Positions 19,802-30,314 of a stretch of DNA of 64,000 nt are shown here, one piece after another. Numbering within the stretch: the first letter of the stretch is position 1; each line of letters begins with the position of its first letter. The position numbers and the translations under genes are program-made. Under the pieces are notes generated by a model. It was not told where the DNA came from and made no database searches. It saw only the letters and a list, made by a program, of their open reading frames with translations. The DNA lies in contig CAWDVR010000005.1 in assembly GCA_963805975.1 (NCBI GenBank), positions 320,001-384,000 on the forward strand. Direction: 5' to 3'. The DNA comes from an uncultured Acidobacteriota bacterium (GTDB lineage: Bacteria > Acidobacteriota > Thermoanaerobaculia > Multivoradales > SZUA-115).

Positions 19802-20824
19802 TCACCCGGTCCCGCCGGCCGGTGCTCGCCGGCTGTCCATTTTCTCGATGAGAGTCCGTTCCTCATAGGCGTACTCGGCGAGGACGCCGGTGGTGAACGC
19901 CCACACGCAGACCAGCCAGAGGACGATCTTCAGGGGCAGCGCGAGCGTGGTGGCAAAGAGCTGGATCACCGGGTCGTCGAAGGAGCCGGCGGCGGGCTGC
20001 ATGATCGCGTACACGTAGAGCACCCCGATGGTGCCCGGGCCTGGGTTGAGGTGTTTGCTGCCGAGGCCGCCCACCACCAGCGCCAGGGCCACACCGCTCA
20101 GCATGCCGATGCCCGTCTCGGCCACTCGGATGAGGCTGGGCAGGGTCTTTCCGTATCCGAACCAGGCAGGCACCACGAAGAGCAGGACGATCCCGGTCGA
20201 TACGAAGCGGCTGAACAGCGGCTCGTGAGCAGCGCCCAGCAGGCCCTTCTGCCTGGGTCTGTCGGCTGGCTGCTCCGCGATCGTGATCTCCGCGAGCTCC
20301 AGGTAGAGCCAGAAGACCAGGAGCGCGGTCACCGAGCTCAAGGTGGTGATGAAAGCGCTGTCGAACTCGTTCGGCTGGTTTTGCAGGCTGAGGCCCATCA
20401 CGAGGTAGTGGACCGACCAGAAGAGGAACACGGCGACGAGGTTGAGCTGGATTCTCCGGCATGCCTTCTCGGTCACCCTTCTACGCTCCGGCGGGATCCT
20501 GACGCTCAACCGGAGGCCCGCGGGGTTGGCCTTGGGAGTGAAGAGCGCCAGCACCAGGCACACGGTCGCCTGCAAGAACATGAGAGTGGCGCGCGCCGGC
20601 CTCAGCGTCTCGAGGCGCGCCTCGATCTCGTCCAGGCCCAACGACAGCCACTGAGCCGGCTCGAGCAGGCCGACGGCACCTCCTGCCAGGGCCAGAGCAA
20701 TGACGCCCACGACCTTGTAGCGCGCCTGCGCACGGAGCGAGAAGACCCAGGCCAGGAACGTGGATTGAGAGGGGCCTCGAGAGGTCTCCTCACCCGGTCG
20801 ATCCTCGTCTTTGGACTCACTCAT
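19802..20824 (-). CDS. Uncharacterised polytopic membrane protein
   Basis: ATG 20824 with a GAGGAG RBS; roughly 8 hydrophobic segments. Confidence 0.65.
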   Translation of the reverse strand: MSESKDEDRPGEETSRGPSQSTFLAWVFSLRAQARYKVVGVIALALAGGAVGLLEPAQWLSLGLDEIEARLETLRPARATLMFLQATVCLVLALFTPKANPAGLRLSVRIPPERRRVTEKACRRIQLNLVAVFLFWSVHYLVMGLSLQNQPNEFDSAFITTLSSVTALLVFWLYLELAEITIAEQPADRPRQKGLLGAAHEPLFSRFVSTGIVLLFVVPAWFGYGKTLPSLIRVAETGIGMLSGVALALVVGGLGSKHLNPGPGTIGVLYVYAIMQPAAGSFDDPVIQLFATTLALPLKIVLWLVCVWAFTTGVLAEYAYEERTLIEKMDSRRAPAGGTG

Positions 20825-20952
20825 GGTGACTCCTCTCGCGGCGGTCGCTGGCCTGGGGGGCGCAGCGGCCACGAGACCGAGGCGCCAGCGAGGGGTTGCG
20901 CGCTCAGACCTTCCAAGAAGATTGCGGCATTCTAGAGCAAGGCCCTCATGTG

Positions 20953-22149
20953 TCAACGCGTGGCGCGCACCTTCTCCGCCACCCTCCGGTACGCCTCCCG
21001 AAACGGAACGCCCTCTTCCACCACCAGCCGGTAGGCCTCCTCGGCGGCGAAGAGGGAGGGGTCGAGCTGGGTTCGTTCGGGGTGGAAGCGGAGGCCGGGG
21101 AGGGCGTGGGCTAGGACGTCGAGGGTGGCCGTCGCGAGGTCGATGCCGCGGAAGAGCGGCGCTTTCAGGAGCTGGAGGTCACGGTGGTAGCCGGAGGGCA
21201 GCTTGGCGGTGACGGCCAGGGCCTCGACCAGGCAGGCGAGGGCCGTGGCGCCCCGGCCGCGCACCAGCTCGAAGACGTCCGGGTTCCGCTTCTGCGGCAT
21301 GATCGAGGAGCCGGTGGTCATCTCCTCGGGCAGGGTCACGAAACCCAGCTCCTGCATCGAGAAGAGCACCAGGTCCGCGGCGAGCTTCCCCAGATCCTGC
21401 ATCAGGAGCGTGATCTCGAAGAGGAGCTGCGCCTCGGCCTTGCCGCGGGAGAGCTGCACGGCGGTCACCGGCTCGTGGACCTCGGCGAAACCGAGCCGCG
21501 TGCGCGTCGCCTCGCGGTCGATCGGCAGCAGCGGCACGCCGTAGCCGGCCGCCGAGCCGAGGGGGTTCTTGTCCGCCCGGCGCGCCGCCGCCTCGAGGCC
21601 GACGGCGTCGTCCTCCAGCTCCGCGGCGAAGCCGCGCGCCCAGAGCGCCACCGAGCTCGGCATGGCGCGCTGCTGGTGGGTGTAGCCGGGCAGCAGCACC
21701 TCGCCCTGGCCCACCGCAATCCCTGCGAGCGCCGCCGCCACGGCGCGCGTACCGGCCGCGAGCCGCGGGATCGCGGCCTTCAGATACAGCCGCAGGGCGG
21801 CGAGCACCTGATCGTTGCGCGAGCGGCCGAGGTGGATGCGCCCGCCCGCCTCGCCGATCCGCGCCGTGAGCCGGTTCTCGAGCGCTGTATGCACGTCCTC
21901 GTCCGCCAGCTCGATGGCCCACTCGCCGCGCGCGTGCTCTCGGGCCAGCGCTTCGAGCCCGCCGCGGATCGCGTCGAGGTCCGCGGCCGAGAGCAGGCCC
22001 CGCTCGGAGAGCATCTCGGCGTGGGCGATCGAAGCGAGGACGTCGTAGAGCAGGAGCCGCGCGTCGAGCAGGTGGTCCTCGCCCGCGGTGTAGCGCAGGA
22101 CTTTTTCGTCGAGGCCGAGCTCGCCTTCCCTCTGCCAGAGCCGCGCCAT
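20953..22149 (-). CDS. argH: Argininosuccinate lyase (short form)
   Basis: EDVH, HLGRSRNDQ, LPGYTHQQ, TGSSIMPQKRNPDVFE and SGYHRDLQ motifs. Confidence 0.95.
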   Translation of the reverse strand: MARLWQREGELGLDEKVLRYTAGEDHLLDARLLLYDVLASIAHAEMLSERGLLSAADLDAIRGGLEALAREHARGEWAIELADEDVHTALENRLTARIGEAGGRIHLGRSRNDQVLAALRLYLKAAIPRLAAGTRAVAAALAGIAVGQGEVLLPGYTHQQRAMPSSVALWARGFAAELEDDAVGLEAAARRADKNPLGSAAGYGVPLLPIDREATRTRLGFAEVHEPVTAVQLSRGKAEAQLLFEITLLMQDLGKLAADLVLFSMQELGFVTLPEEMTTGSSIMPQKRNPDVFELVRGRGATALACLVEALAVTAKLPSGYHRDLQLLKAPLFRGIDLATATLDVLAHALPGLRFHPERTQLDPSLFAAEEAYRLVVEEGVPFREAYRRVAEKVRATR

Positions 22150-23225
22150 CAGAGGGGCCCCTGCGAGAGCCGGAGCACCAGCTCGATGTAGAAGCGCGCG
22201 CCGTCGAGGACCTCCTCCTCGTACACGTGCTCGTCGATGGTGTGCGAGCGCTCGCTCTGTCCCGGCCCTACCTTGATCGCCGGGATGCCGCCGAGGAGCG
22301 CCCAGTCGGAGAGCGTGGCCGAGCCGTAGGTCCGGGCTGCCGGCCGCGCGGCCCTGGCGGCTTGGAAGACGGCCGAGCCCTCCGGCGTCTCCCGCGGCGC
22401 GAAGCGCTCCGAGGCGATCCGTACCTCGCCCTGGACCAGTGCCTGGAGGCGGGCGATGACCTCGTGGGGCGGCAGAGCTGGCGTGGTGCGCACGTCGAGG
22501 ATCGCCGAGGCATGCGCGGGCACCGCGTTCCGGGCCTCGCCGGCCCGCACTACCGTGGGCTCGAGGGTGGTGGCGCCGAGCCAGGGGTGGGCGGGCTCGA
22601 GGTCGAGGGCCTCGAGCGCCACCAGGTCGCGCGCCAGGCGACGGGCGGCGTTGACCGCCCCGAGCTTCGCCGCATGCGCCGCGTGGCAAGCCTCGCCCTC
22701 CGCCACCAGCTCCAGGACGAGGAGGCCCTTCTGCGCCACGGCCAGGTCGAGCCCGGTGGGCTCGCCGATCACCGCCGTGCGTGGCTCGCGGCCGGTCGCC
22801 CGCAGATGCATGAGCACGCTCTCGGTGCCCACGCTCCGCGTCTCCTCGGCCTCGACCAGCGCCAGCGCCAGAGTGAAGGGCGGCGGCTCGTCGAGAAAGG
22901 CGAGAAACGCCGCGGCCATCGCCGCCACCGAAGCCTTGGCGTCGTTCGCCCCGAGGCCGATCACCTTCCCGCCTTCGCGGCGTGGCGTGAAAGGGTCGGC
23001 CGTCCAGCCGGGCGCCGGCGGCACGGTGTCGAGGTGGGTGTCGAAGAGCACCAGCGGCCCTCGGCCCACCGTCGCGAGCAGGCTCGCGCCCAGCCGCTCG
23101 ACCCTCGCACCTCGCTCCGTGAGCCAGCTCTCCATCCAGTCGGCGATCGGCCCTTCGCCGCCGGAGACCGAGGGGATGCCGACCAGCGAGCGGTGCAGCG
23201 CCAGGATCTCCTCGTCCGGGATCAT
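22149..23225 (-). CDS. argE: M20 acyl-ornithine/acyl-citrulline deacylase
   Basis: HLDTV, GLGANDAK, AEE, GEPT and SHTIDE metal-binding motifs; lies in the arg operon. Confidence 0.85.
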   Translation of the reverse strand: MIPDEEILALHRSLVGIPSVSGGEGPIADWMESWLTERGARVERLGASLLATVGRGPLVLFDTHLDTVPPAPGWTADPFTPRREGGKVIGLGANDAKASVAAMAAAFLAFLDEPPPFTLALALVEAEETRSVGTESVLMHLRATGREPRTAVIGEPTGLDLAVAQKGLLVLELVAEGEACHAAHAAKLGAVNAARRLARDLVALEALDLEPAHPWLGATTLEPTVVRAGEARNAVPAHASAILDVRTTPALPPHEVIARLQALVQGEVRIASERFAPRETPEGSAVFQAARAARPAARTYGSATLSDWALLGGIPAIKVGPGQSERSHTIDEHVYEEEVLDGARFYIELVLRLSQGPL

Positions 23226-24130
23226 CCTTCTGCCCCCGCCGAGCCGTGCGTGGACGGCGCGGCCATGTTCTCCACCACCATCGTGCCGCAGCCCTCGTTG
23301 GTGAACACCTCGACCAGCAGGCTGTCCGCACCGGCGCAGGAGACCACGTGCGCGCGCTGGACCCCGCCGCGGATGGCGGCCGCGAGCGCCTCGGCCTTGG
23401 GCAGCATGCCGCCCGACAGCGCGCCGCGGCGCTGCAGATCGGCGAGGCCGGCGAGGTCGGTGTAGGAGACGAGAGAGCCGGGGTCGTCCAGGCGCTCGAG
23501 GATGCCGGGAGCACCGGTCAGGAGGATCAGCTTCTCGGCCCCGAGGGCCACGGCGAGCGCCGCCGCCACGGTGTCGGCGTTGACGTTCAGGAGCGTGCCG
23601 TCGTCGGCCGCGGAGAGCGGGGAGACCACCGGCAGCAGGCCGGCGTCGAGCAGGGTGGTGAGCACGCGCGGCTCGACCCGGGCGATGTCGCCCACCAGGC
23701 CGAAGTCCACCACCTCGGAGCCCACCGCGACCGGCGGCCGGCGGCGGGCGCGCACCAGGCCGGCGTCGACGCCCGAGAGGCCCACGGCCGGCAGGTCGAG
23801 GCCGCGGCAGAGAGCGAGGAGCCGGGTGTTGACCGAGCCGTTCAGCACCATCGCCGCCACGTCCAGGGCCTTCTGGTCCGTCACCCGACGGCCGGCCACG
23901 ATGCGGGGCTCGGAGCCCAGGGCCCACGCCAGCTCGGTGGACTGCGGGCCGCCGCCGTGCACCAGCACGACGCGGATGCCCACGCGCCAGAGGACCTCCA
24001 CCTGCTCCAGGAGCCTCTGGGCGCGCCCTTCCTCGACGAACGCCTCGCCGCCGGCCTTGAGCACGAAGGTCTTGCCCTGGAACATGCGGAGGTAGGGCAC
24101 GGCGTGCCGCAGCCCGGCGATCTCGGTCAT
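23222..24130 (-). CDS. argB: N-acylglutamate kinase
   Basis: KAGG, VHGGGPQ, GRRVTD, NVNADT and GGMLPK motifs; no fused GNAT domain. Confidence 0.92.
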   Translation of the reverse strand: MTEIAGLRHAVPYLRMFQGKTFVLKAGGEAFVEEGRAQRLLEQVEVLWRVGIRVVLVHGGGPQSTELAWALGSEPRIVAGRRVTDQKALDVAAMVLNGSVNTRLLALCRGLDLPAVGLSGVDAGLVRARRRPPVAVGSEVVDFGLVGDIARVEPRVLTTLLDAGLLPVVSPLSAADDGTLLNVNADTVAAALAVALGAEKLILLTGAPGILERLDDPGSLVSYTDLAGLADLQRRGALSGGMLPKAEALAAAIRGGVQRAHVVSCAGADSLLVEVFTNEGCGTMVVENMAAPSTHGSAGAEG

Positions 24131-25137
24131 GGTCGAACCTCCCCCAGCAGGCGATGGAGCACGGCCATCTGCACCCAGAGCCGGTTGTGGGCCTGTCGGA
24201 CGACGGCGCTCCGCGGGCCGTCGAGCACCTCGTCGGCCACCACCACGTTGCGCCGCACGGGCAGGCAGTGCAGGAAGCGGCACTCGGGCGCGGCGCCGGC
24301 GAACCACGGCTCCGCCACGCACCAGCCGGCGAGGCCGGCCCGGAGCTCGGCCTCGCGCGCCGCGTCGCCGTAGCACTCGGCCGAGGCCCAGGACTTGGCG
24401 TAGACGACGTGCGCCCCGGCGAGCGCTTCCACGCGGGAGGAGGTCTCGGCGAGCGAGCCGCCGGAGGCCGCCGCGGCGCGGCGCGCCTTCTCCATCACCG
24501 GCGCCGGCAGGGAGTGGGACTCCGGCCGCAGCACCGTCACATCCATGCCCCGCGCCGCCGCCATGTGCACCACGGCGGCGGGCACGGCGAGCGGCAGCGG
24601 CTTGGGGTGGTGGGCCCAGGTGAGGACGAAGCGGCCGCCGCGCGCCGGGACGCCCAGATCGTCCAGCGTCTTCCAGTCGGCGAGCGCCTGGCAGGGATGG
24701 TTGGCGGCGGACTCGAGGTTGACGAGCGGCACGGGGCAGAGGTCCGCGATGGTGCCGAAGGTGCGCTCGGCGAGGTCGACCTCCAAGTCCTCGAGCCCGG
24801 CGAACGAGCGCACGCCGAGCACGTCGGCATAGCCGGCGAGCACCGGGATCGCCTCGCGCACGTGCTCGGCCGCGGCGCCGTCCATCTTCACTCCCGGGCG
24901 CGTCTCGAGCTTCCAGCTTCCCTGGCCGGGCGCGATGACGAACGACGAGCCGCCCAACCGTGCCATGGCGGACTGCATCGACGCCAGCGTGCGGAGCGAC
25001 GGGTCGAAGAACAGGAGCCCCAGCACCTTGCCGGCGAGCGCTGCGGGCTCCGGCTGCTTCTCCAATCGCGCCGCGAGCGCCAGCAGGCCTGCGATCTCTT
25101 CTCGGCCGAGGTCGGCCAGGTCGAGGAAGCTCTTCAT
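24127..25137 (-). CDS. argF: N-acyl-ornithine transcarbamylase (ArgF'; AOTCase/SOTCase family)
   Basis: PSLRT, MDGAAAEH, HPCQ, TWAHHPKPLP and HCLPVRRN motifs, which differ from canonical OTCase. Confidence 0.92.
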   Translation of the reverse strand: MKSFLDLADLGREEIAGLLALAARLEKQPEPAALAGKVLGLLFFDPSLRTLASMQSAMARLGGSSFVIAPGQGSWKLETRPGVKMDGAAAEHVREAIPVLAGYADVLGVRSFAGLEDLEVDLAERTFGTIADLCPVPLVNLESAANHPCQALADWKTLDDLGVPARGGRFVLTWAHHPKPLPLAVPAAVVHMAAARGMDVTVLRPESHSLPAPVMEKARRAAAASGGSLAETSSRVEALAGAHVVYAKSWASAECYGDAAREAELRAGLAGWCVAEPWFAGAAPECRFLHCLPVRRNVVVADEVLDGPRSAVVRQAHNRLWVQMAVLHRLLGEVRP

Positions 25138-25147
25138 GCCAGGCTCC

Positions 25148-26332
<1,185 letters not shown>

Positions 26333-26351
26333 GGCGGCTCCTCGCGGGCTG

Positions 26352-27440
26352 CTACACCCAACCGAGGCCGGGCTGGGTGAGGCCGGTCGACTCGGGCAGG
26401 CCGTAGAGACGGTTCATCCACTGCACGGCGCCACCCGCCGCGCCCTTCACCAGGTTGTCGAGGGCCGAGAACGCCACCAGCGTGCCGTTCGCCACCGCCA
26501 GGCCGATGCGGCAGCGGTTGGTGCCCACCACCTCGGTGAGGCGCGGCGGCTCGGCCGAGACCGAGACGAACGGCGAGCCGGCGTAGAAGCCGGCCACCGC
26601 CGCCACGGCCTCCTCGGTGGTGAGGTGCCGGGCGGTCTGCGCCGTGAGCGTGGCGTAGATGCCGCGCGCGAACGGGCCGGACTGCGGCACGAACAGGATC
26701 TCGGCCGGCACCGTGGTCGCGGCCCGGATCAGGGCGCGCATCTCGGGCTGGTGGCGGTGGGCGAGCGGCTTGTAGGCGAAGAGGTTGGCGTGGCGCTCCG
26801 GGTGGTGGGTCGACGGACCCGGCGTGCGGCCGGAGCCGGTCGAGCCGGTGGTGGCGACCACCGTGATCCGCGGCTCGACCAGGCCGAGCGCCACGAGCGG
26901 CACGGCGGCGAGCACCACCGCGGTGGTGAAGCAGCCGGGGTGGGCGGCGTGGCGCACGTTGGCCTCTCCCAGGTGCTCGGGCAGCGCGCAGGTGAACTCG
27001 GCCAGGCGGTGGGGCGCGCCGTGCGCCTGGCCATAGACCTGCTCGAACTCCGCGGCCGAGGCGTAGCGGAAGTCGGCGGAGAGATCGACCACCGCGGCCT
27101 CGCTGCCCGCGGCCTCGGCGGCGCGGAGCAGGCGATCGACCAGCGGCGCCGAGGTGCCGTGCGGCGTGGCGGAGAACACGGCCACCCGCGGCCTCGCGGC
27201 CACCAGCTCTTCGAGCTCGGCGAGGGCGTGGAACCTGGCCTGCGGCCAAGCCGCGGCGAGGTGCGGGAAGGCCGCGGCCACGGCCTGGCCGGCCTGGCTC
27301 TCGGACACTGCCGCGACCTCGCCCAGCAGCGGATGCCCGAGGACCGGGTGCGCGGCGAGGAGACGCAGCAGCTCCCCGGCCACGTAGCCGGAGCCGCCCA
27401 GCACGATCGTCTGGACGCCGTCTGCCGCGGGCGCGGTCAC
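26352..27440 (-). CDS. argC: N-acyl-gamma-glutamyl-phosphate reductase
   Basis: GGSGYVAGE, ATPHG, DLSADFR, HPGCF, HRHQPE and DNLVKGAAG motifs. Confidence 0.94.
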   Translation of the reverse strand: MTAPAADGVQTIVLGGSGYVAGELLRLLAAHPVLGHPLLGEVAAVSESQAGQAVAAAFPHLAAAWPQARFHALAELEELVAARPRVAVFSATPHGTSAPLVDRLLRAAEAAGSEAAVVDLSADFRYASAAEFEQVYGQAHGAPHRLAEFTCALPEHLGEANVRHAAHPGCFTTAVVLAAVPLVALGLVEPRITVVATTGSTGSGRTPGPSTHHPERHANLFAYKPLAHRHQPEMRALIRAATTVPAEILFVPQSGPFARGIYATLTAQTARHLTTEEAVAAVAGFYAGSPFVSVSAEPPRLTEVVGTNRCRIGLAVANGTLVAFSALDNLVKGAAGGAVQWMNRLYGLPESTGLTQPGLGWV

Positions 27441-28573
27441 GAAGCCAGCTCCGTGGCAGCCTTGGGCGCGACCGGGCCTTCGGCCGGGGGCGCGGCCGGC
27501 GCGGCCCGGCGCGAGGGGAAGAGGCGCGCCAGCACCCGCTCCGCCAGCTCCTCGGCGTGCGTACGTGCGTTGATCGCCGGCACGCCGGCCGTCTCCTCGA
27601 TGATCCGCGTGCCCGCCAGGTTGTCGCTCGCCGGCCCGGTCACGGCCAGGGGGCTGAGGCCGTAGCGGTCGGCGAGGAGGCGCACGCCGCCCCAGGCGGC
27701 CACCGGGTCGTTGGCCGCGAGCAGCACGGCGGAGAAGGCGGCGCGGACCTCGGGATCGGCGAGGATCGCGTCCACGCCGTAGGCGCCGAGGAGCCCGTCC
27801 CCCAGCTCCACCACGATCACGTCCGGCCCGCCGGCCGCGAGGTCGGTCAAGAGCGTGCGGGTGATGGCCGCGGCGTTGGCGGCGGTGGTCGAGACCACGC
27901 CGAGGTCGGTGAAGAGCGCCGTCTTCCGGGCGCCGGCGTCCTCCATTGCCAGCACGTCGCGGTAGAGCGAGACGCCCGTGGCCTTGAAGGCGTCCACCGT
28001 CAGGCCGGCGTGGGCGAGCCGCTGCACCAGCGCGCAGGCGGCGGCCGTCTTCCCCGAGTTCATGCACGAGCCGACGATCGCCACCACCGGCACGCTGCGC
28101 CCGTCGGGCCGAGCCAGGTTGAGGCGCGGCGCCGCGGGCAGCGGGCGCTCGCCCACGCGGGCCGGTACCCCCACCCGCTCGGCGAGGAACGGGAAGGAGA
28201 GCACCGCGCCGAGCACCTCGCACTCGAAGGGCTGCCCGAGGTCCGGGTTGATCGAGTCGCAGTGGCCCAGCACGCCGCCGGTGTTGAGCACCTGGACGCG
28301 GTCACCCGGTGCCAGGCTCGTCGGCAGGTGCCCGGAGTAGCCGAAGAGCGCGTTGCGGTGCCCCAGAGCACCGGCCAGCACGTCGCCGCGCTTCACCAGC
28401 GCCAGCCGGCCGCTCGGCAGCTCGAGCTGGTTGTAGGTGCTCTTGTCGGAGAGCACGCGGACCGCCACCACCACACCCTCCTCGCAGGGGATGCGCGCGT
28501 CCACCAGCACCTCCCGCTTCAAACGGCAGGCGCGGGTCACGGAGGCGATCTTGTCGAGCAGCACCGGCTTCAC
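27437..28573 (-). CDS. DUF1611/DgcN-like P-loop protein embedded in the arg operon
   Basis: IVGSCMNSGKT, KATG, DAGA...DLGVVST and VELGDGLLG motifs; start and stop overlap argG and argC. Confidence 0.7.
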   Translation of the reverse strand: MKPVLLDKIASVTRACRLKREVLVDARIPCEEGVVVAVRVLSDKSTYNQLELPSGRLALVKRGDVLAGALGHRNALFGYSGHLPTSLAPGDRVQVLNTGGVLGHCDSINPDLGQPFECEVLGAVLSFPFLAERVGVPARVGERPLPAAPRLNLARPDGRSVPVVAIVGSCMNSGKTAAACALVQRLAHAGLTVDAFKATGVSLYRDVLAMEDAGARKTALFTDLGVVSTTAANAAAITRTLLTDLAAGGPDVIVVELGDGLLGAYGVDAILADPEVRAAFSAVLLAANDPVAAWGGVRLLADRYGLSPLAVTGPASDNLAGTRIIEETAGVPAINARTHAEELAERVLARLFPSRRAAPAAPPAEGPVAPKAATELAS

Positions 28574-29799
28574 GACGGACCCTCCGCACCGGCGCGGCCC
28601 GCCTTGGACCCAGCACGAGAGTAGAGCTGGCCGGGGAGGCCCAGCAGGCGCGAGAAGCCGCGCGCGTCCTCGGCCGTCCACTCGCCGGCCGCTTCGCCGT
28701 AGGTGCCGCGCGAGGCGGCCATCAGCGAGTGCGGCGAGGAGACGCCCTCGACGAACAGGCTCCCCGGCCGCAACAGCAGGAAGACCTCGCCCGTCACCCG
28801 CGCCTGGGAGGAGGTGAGCAGCGCCTCGATGTCGCGGCAGGCGGGCTCCAAGTGCTGGCCCTCGTGCACCAGGTCTCCATAGATGGCGGCGACGCCGTCC
28901 TTCACCCGCTGCTGGCGGCCGGTCAAGGTGAGCTTCTCGAGCTCGCGGTGGGCGGTGATCAGCACCTCGGCGGCCGGCGCCTCGAAGGCGACGCGGCCCT
29001 TGGAGCCCAGGATGGTGTCCCCGAGATGGATGCCGCGGCCGATGCCGTAGGGCCCCGCCTCGGCCTCCACGCGCTCGATGAGCGCCACCGGCGAGAGCGC
29101 CTCGCCGTCCCAGGCCACGGGGACCCCCTGCTCGAAGAAGAGGATGTGGCGGGACGGCGGCAGGGGGCTCTCGAAAGCGCCGCGCGACAGCACCCAGGCC
29201 TCCTCCGGGATGGAGGCCGCGCTCCCCAGCGTCTCCCGGCCGCCGATCGTCACTCCCCAGAGGCCACGGTTGATCGAGTACGCCGAGCCCCGCTGCGGCA
29301 CGGCGAGGCCGCGCGCCTCGAGGTAGGCCACCTGCTCGGCACGCGGCTTGGGATCGTCGCGCACCGGCGCCAGGATGGTGAGCTCCGGCGCCAGCGTCGA
29401 GAGTGCCACCTCGAAGCGCACCTGGTCGTTGCCGGCCGCGGTGCAGCCGTGGGCCACGGTGGTCGAGGAAAGCTCGCGCGCGGCGCGCGCCACCTCCTGC
29501 GCCTGGATCACCCGCTCCGCGCCCACCGACAGCGGGTAGAGCTGGCCGCGCCGCACGTTGCCGGCGACGAGGTGACGGAGCACGCGGTCGAAGAACATCT
29601 GCCGCGCCTCGACGCGCAGGTGGCGGACGGCCCCCAGCGCCGCGGATTGCGCCGCGAGTCGCTCGGCGGCCTCGCCGTCGAGCCCGCCGGTGTCCACCGT
29701 CACCGTGACCACCGGCCGCCGGTGGGTCTCGGCCAGCCAGGGCACGCAGTAGGAAGTGTCCAGCCCGCCCGAGAAGGCGAGGACGATGGGCTCGGTCAT
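28570..29799 (-). CDS. argG: Argininosuccinate synthase
   Basis: LAFSGGLDTS, YPLSV, HGCTAAGNDQVRF and KGRVAFEAP motifs. Confidence 0.96.
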   Translation of the reverse strand: MTEPIVLAFSGGLDTSYCVPWLAETHRRPVVTVTVDTGGLDGEAAERLAAQSAALGAVRHLRVEARQMFFDRVLRHLVAGNVRRGQLYPLSVGAERVIQAQEVARAARELSSTTVAHGCTAAGNDQVRFEVALSTLAPELTILAPVRDDPKPRAEQVAYLEARGLAVPQRGSAYSINRGLWGVTIGGRETLGSAASIPEEAWVLSRGAFESPLPPSRHILFFEQGVPVAWDGEALSPVALIERVEAEAGPYGIGRGIHLGDTILGSKGRVAFEAPAAEVLITAHRELEKLTLTGRQQRVKDGVAAIYGDLVHEGQHLEPACRDIEALLTSSQARVTGEVFLLLRPGSLFVEGVSSPHSLMAASRGTYGEAAGEWTAEDARGFSRLLGLPGQLYSRAGSKAGRAGAEGPS

Positions 29800-30260
29800 G
29801 GTGAGGGCTCCGGGGCCTGGGTGAGGAGCAGGCCGAAATGGTCCAGGAACCGCGCCTGGGCGCGGGCGTTGGCGGTGGCGACGAAGATCGTGTCGTCGCC
29901 GGCGATGGTGCCCGCCACCTCCGGCCAGCCGGCGCGGTCGATGGCGAGCGCCACGGTCTGCGCGGTGCCCACCGCCGTTTGCACCACCGCCAGGTGGGGC
30001 CCGGCCGGCCGCACGCGGCGCGCGAACCGCGCGGCGGAGGCGAGATCCTCGTCCGAGCCGCGCTCGCCGCCCGGGGGCAGGTAGCGGCCTCCCACCTTGC
30101 CCACCCCCAGGTAGCGGAGGTCCCGGCTGACGCTCGACTGCGTGGCCTCGATGCCGCGCTCGCCGAGCATCGCAACCAGCTCCTCCTGGCTCGTCACCCG
30201 GCGGGTGCGGAGCAGGTAGATGAGGGCTTCGCGGCGGGCTTGATGAAGGTCGGGTTCCAT
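29796..30260 (-). CDS. argR: Arginine repressor
   Basis: SQEEL, TQSSVSRDL and GTIAGDDTIF motifs. Confidence 0.95.
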   Translation of the reverse strand: MEPDLHQARREALIYLLRTRRVTSQEELVAMLGERGIEATQSSVSRDLRYLGVGKVGGRYLPPGGERGSDEDLASAARFARRVRPAGPHLAVVQTAVGTAQTVALAIDRAGWPEVAGTIAGDDTIFVATANARAQARFLDHFGLLLTQAPEPSP

Positions 30261-30267
30261 GGCGCCT

Positions 30268-30314
30268 CGCGTAAGTATGCGAACAATGGTGCATGAGATT
30301 GCATTTTAAGTCAA
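30268..30314 (-). promoter_or_regulatory. Tandem ARG-box-like operators overlapping a putative promoter
   Basis: CGCGT-aagt-ATGCG (30268-30281) and TGCAT-gaga-TTGCA (30290-30303), 22 bp apart, in an AT-rich patch; TTGACT on the minus strand at 30309-30314. Confidence 0.55.
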
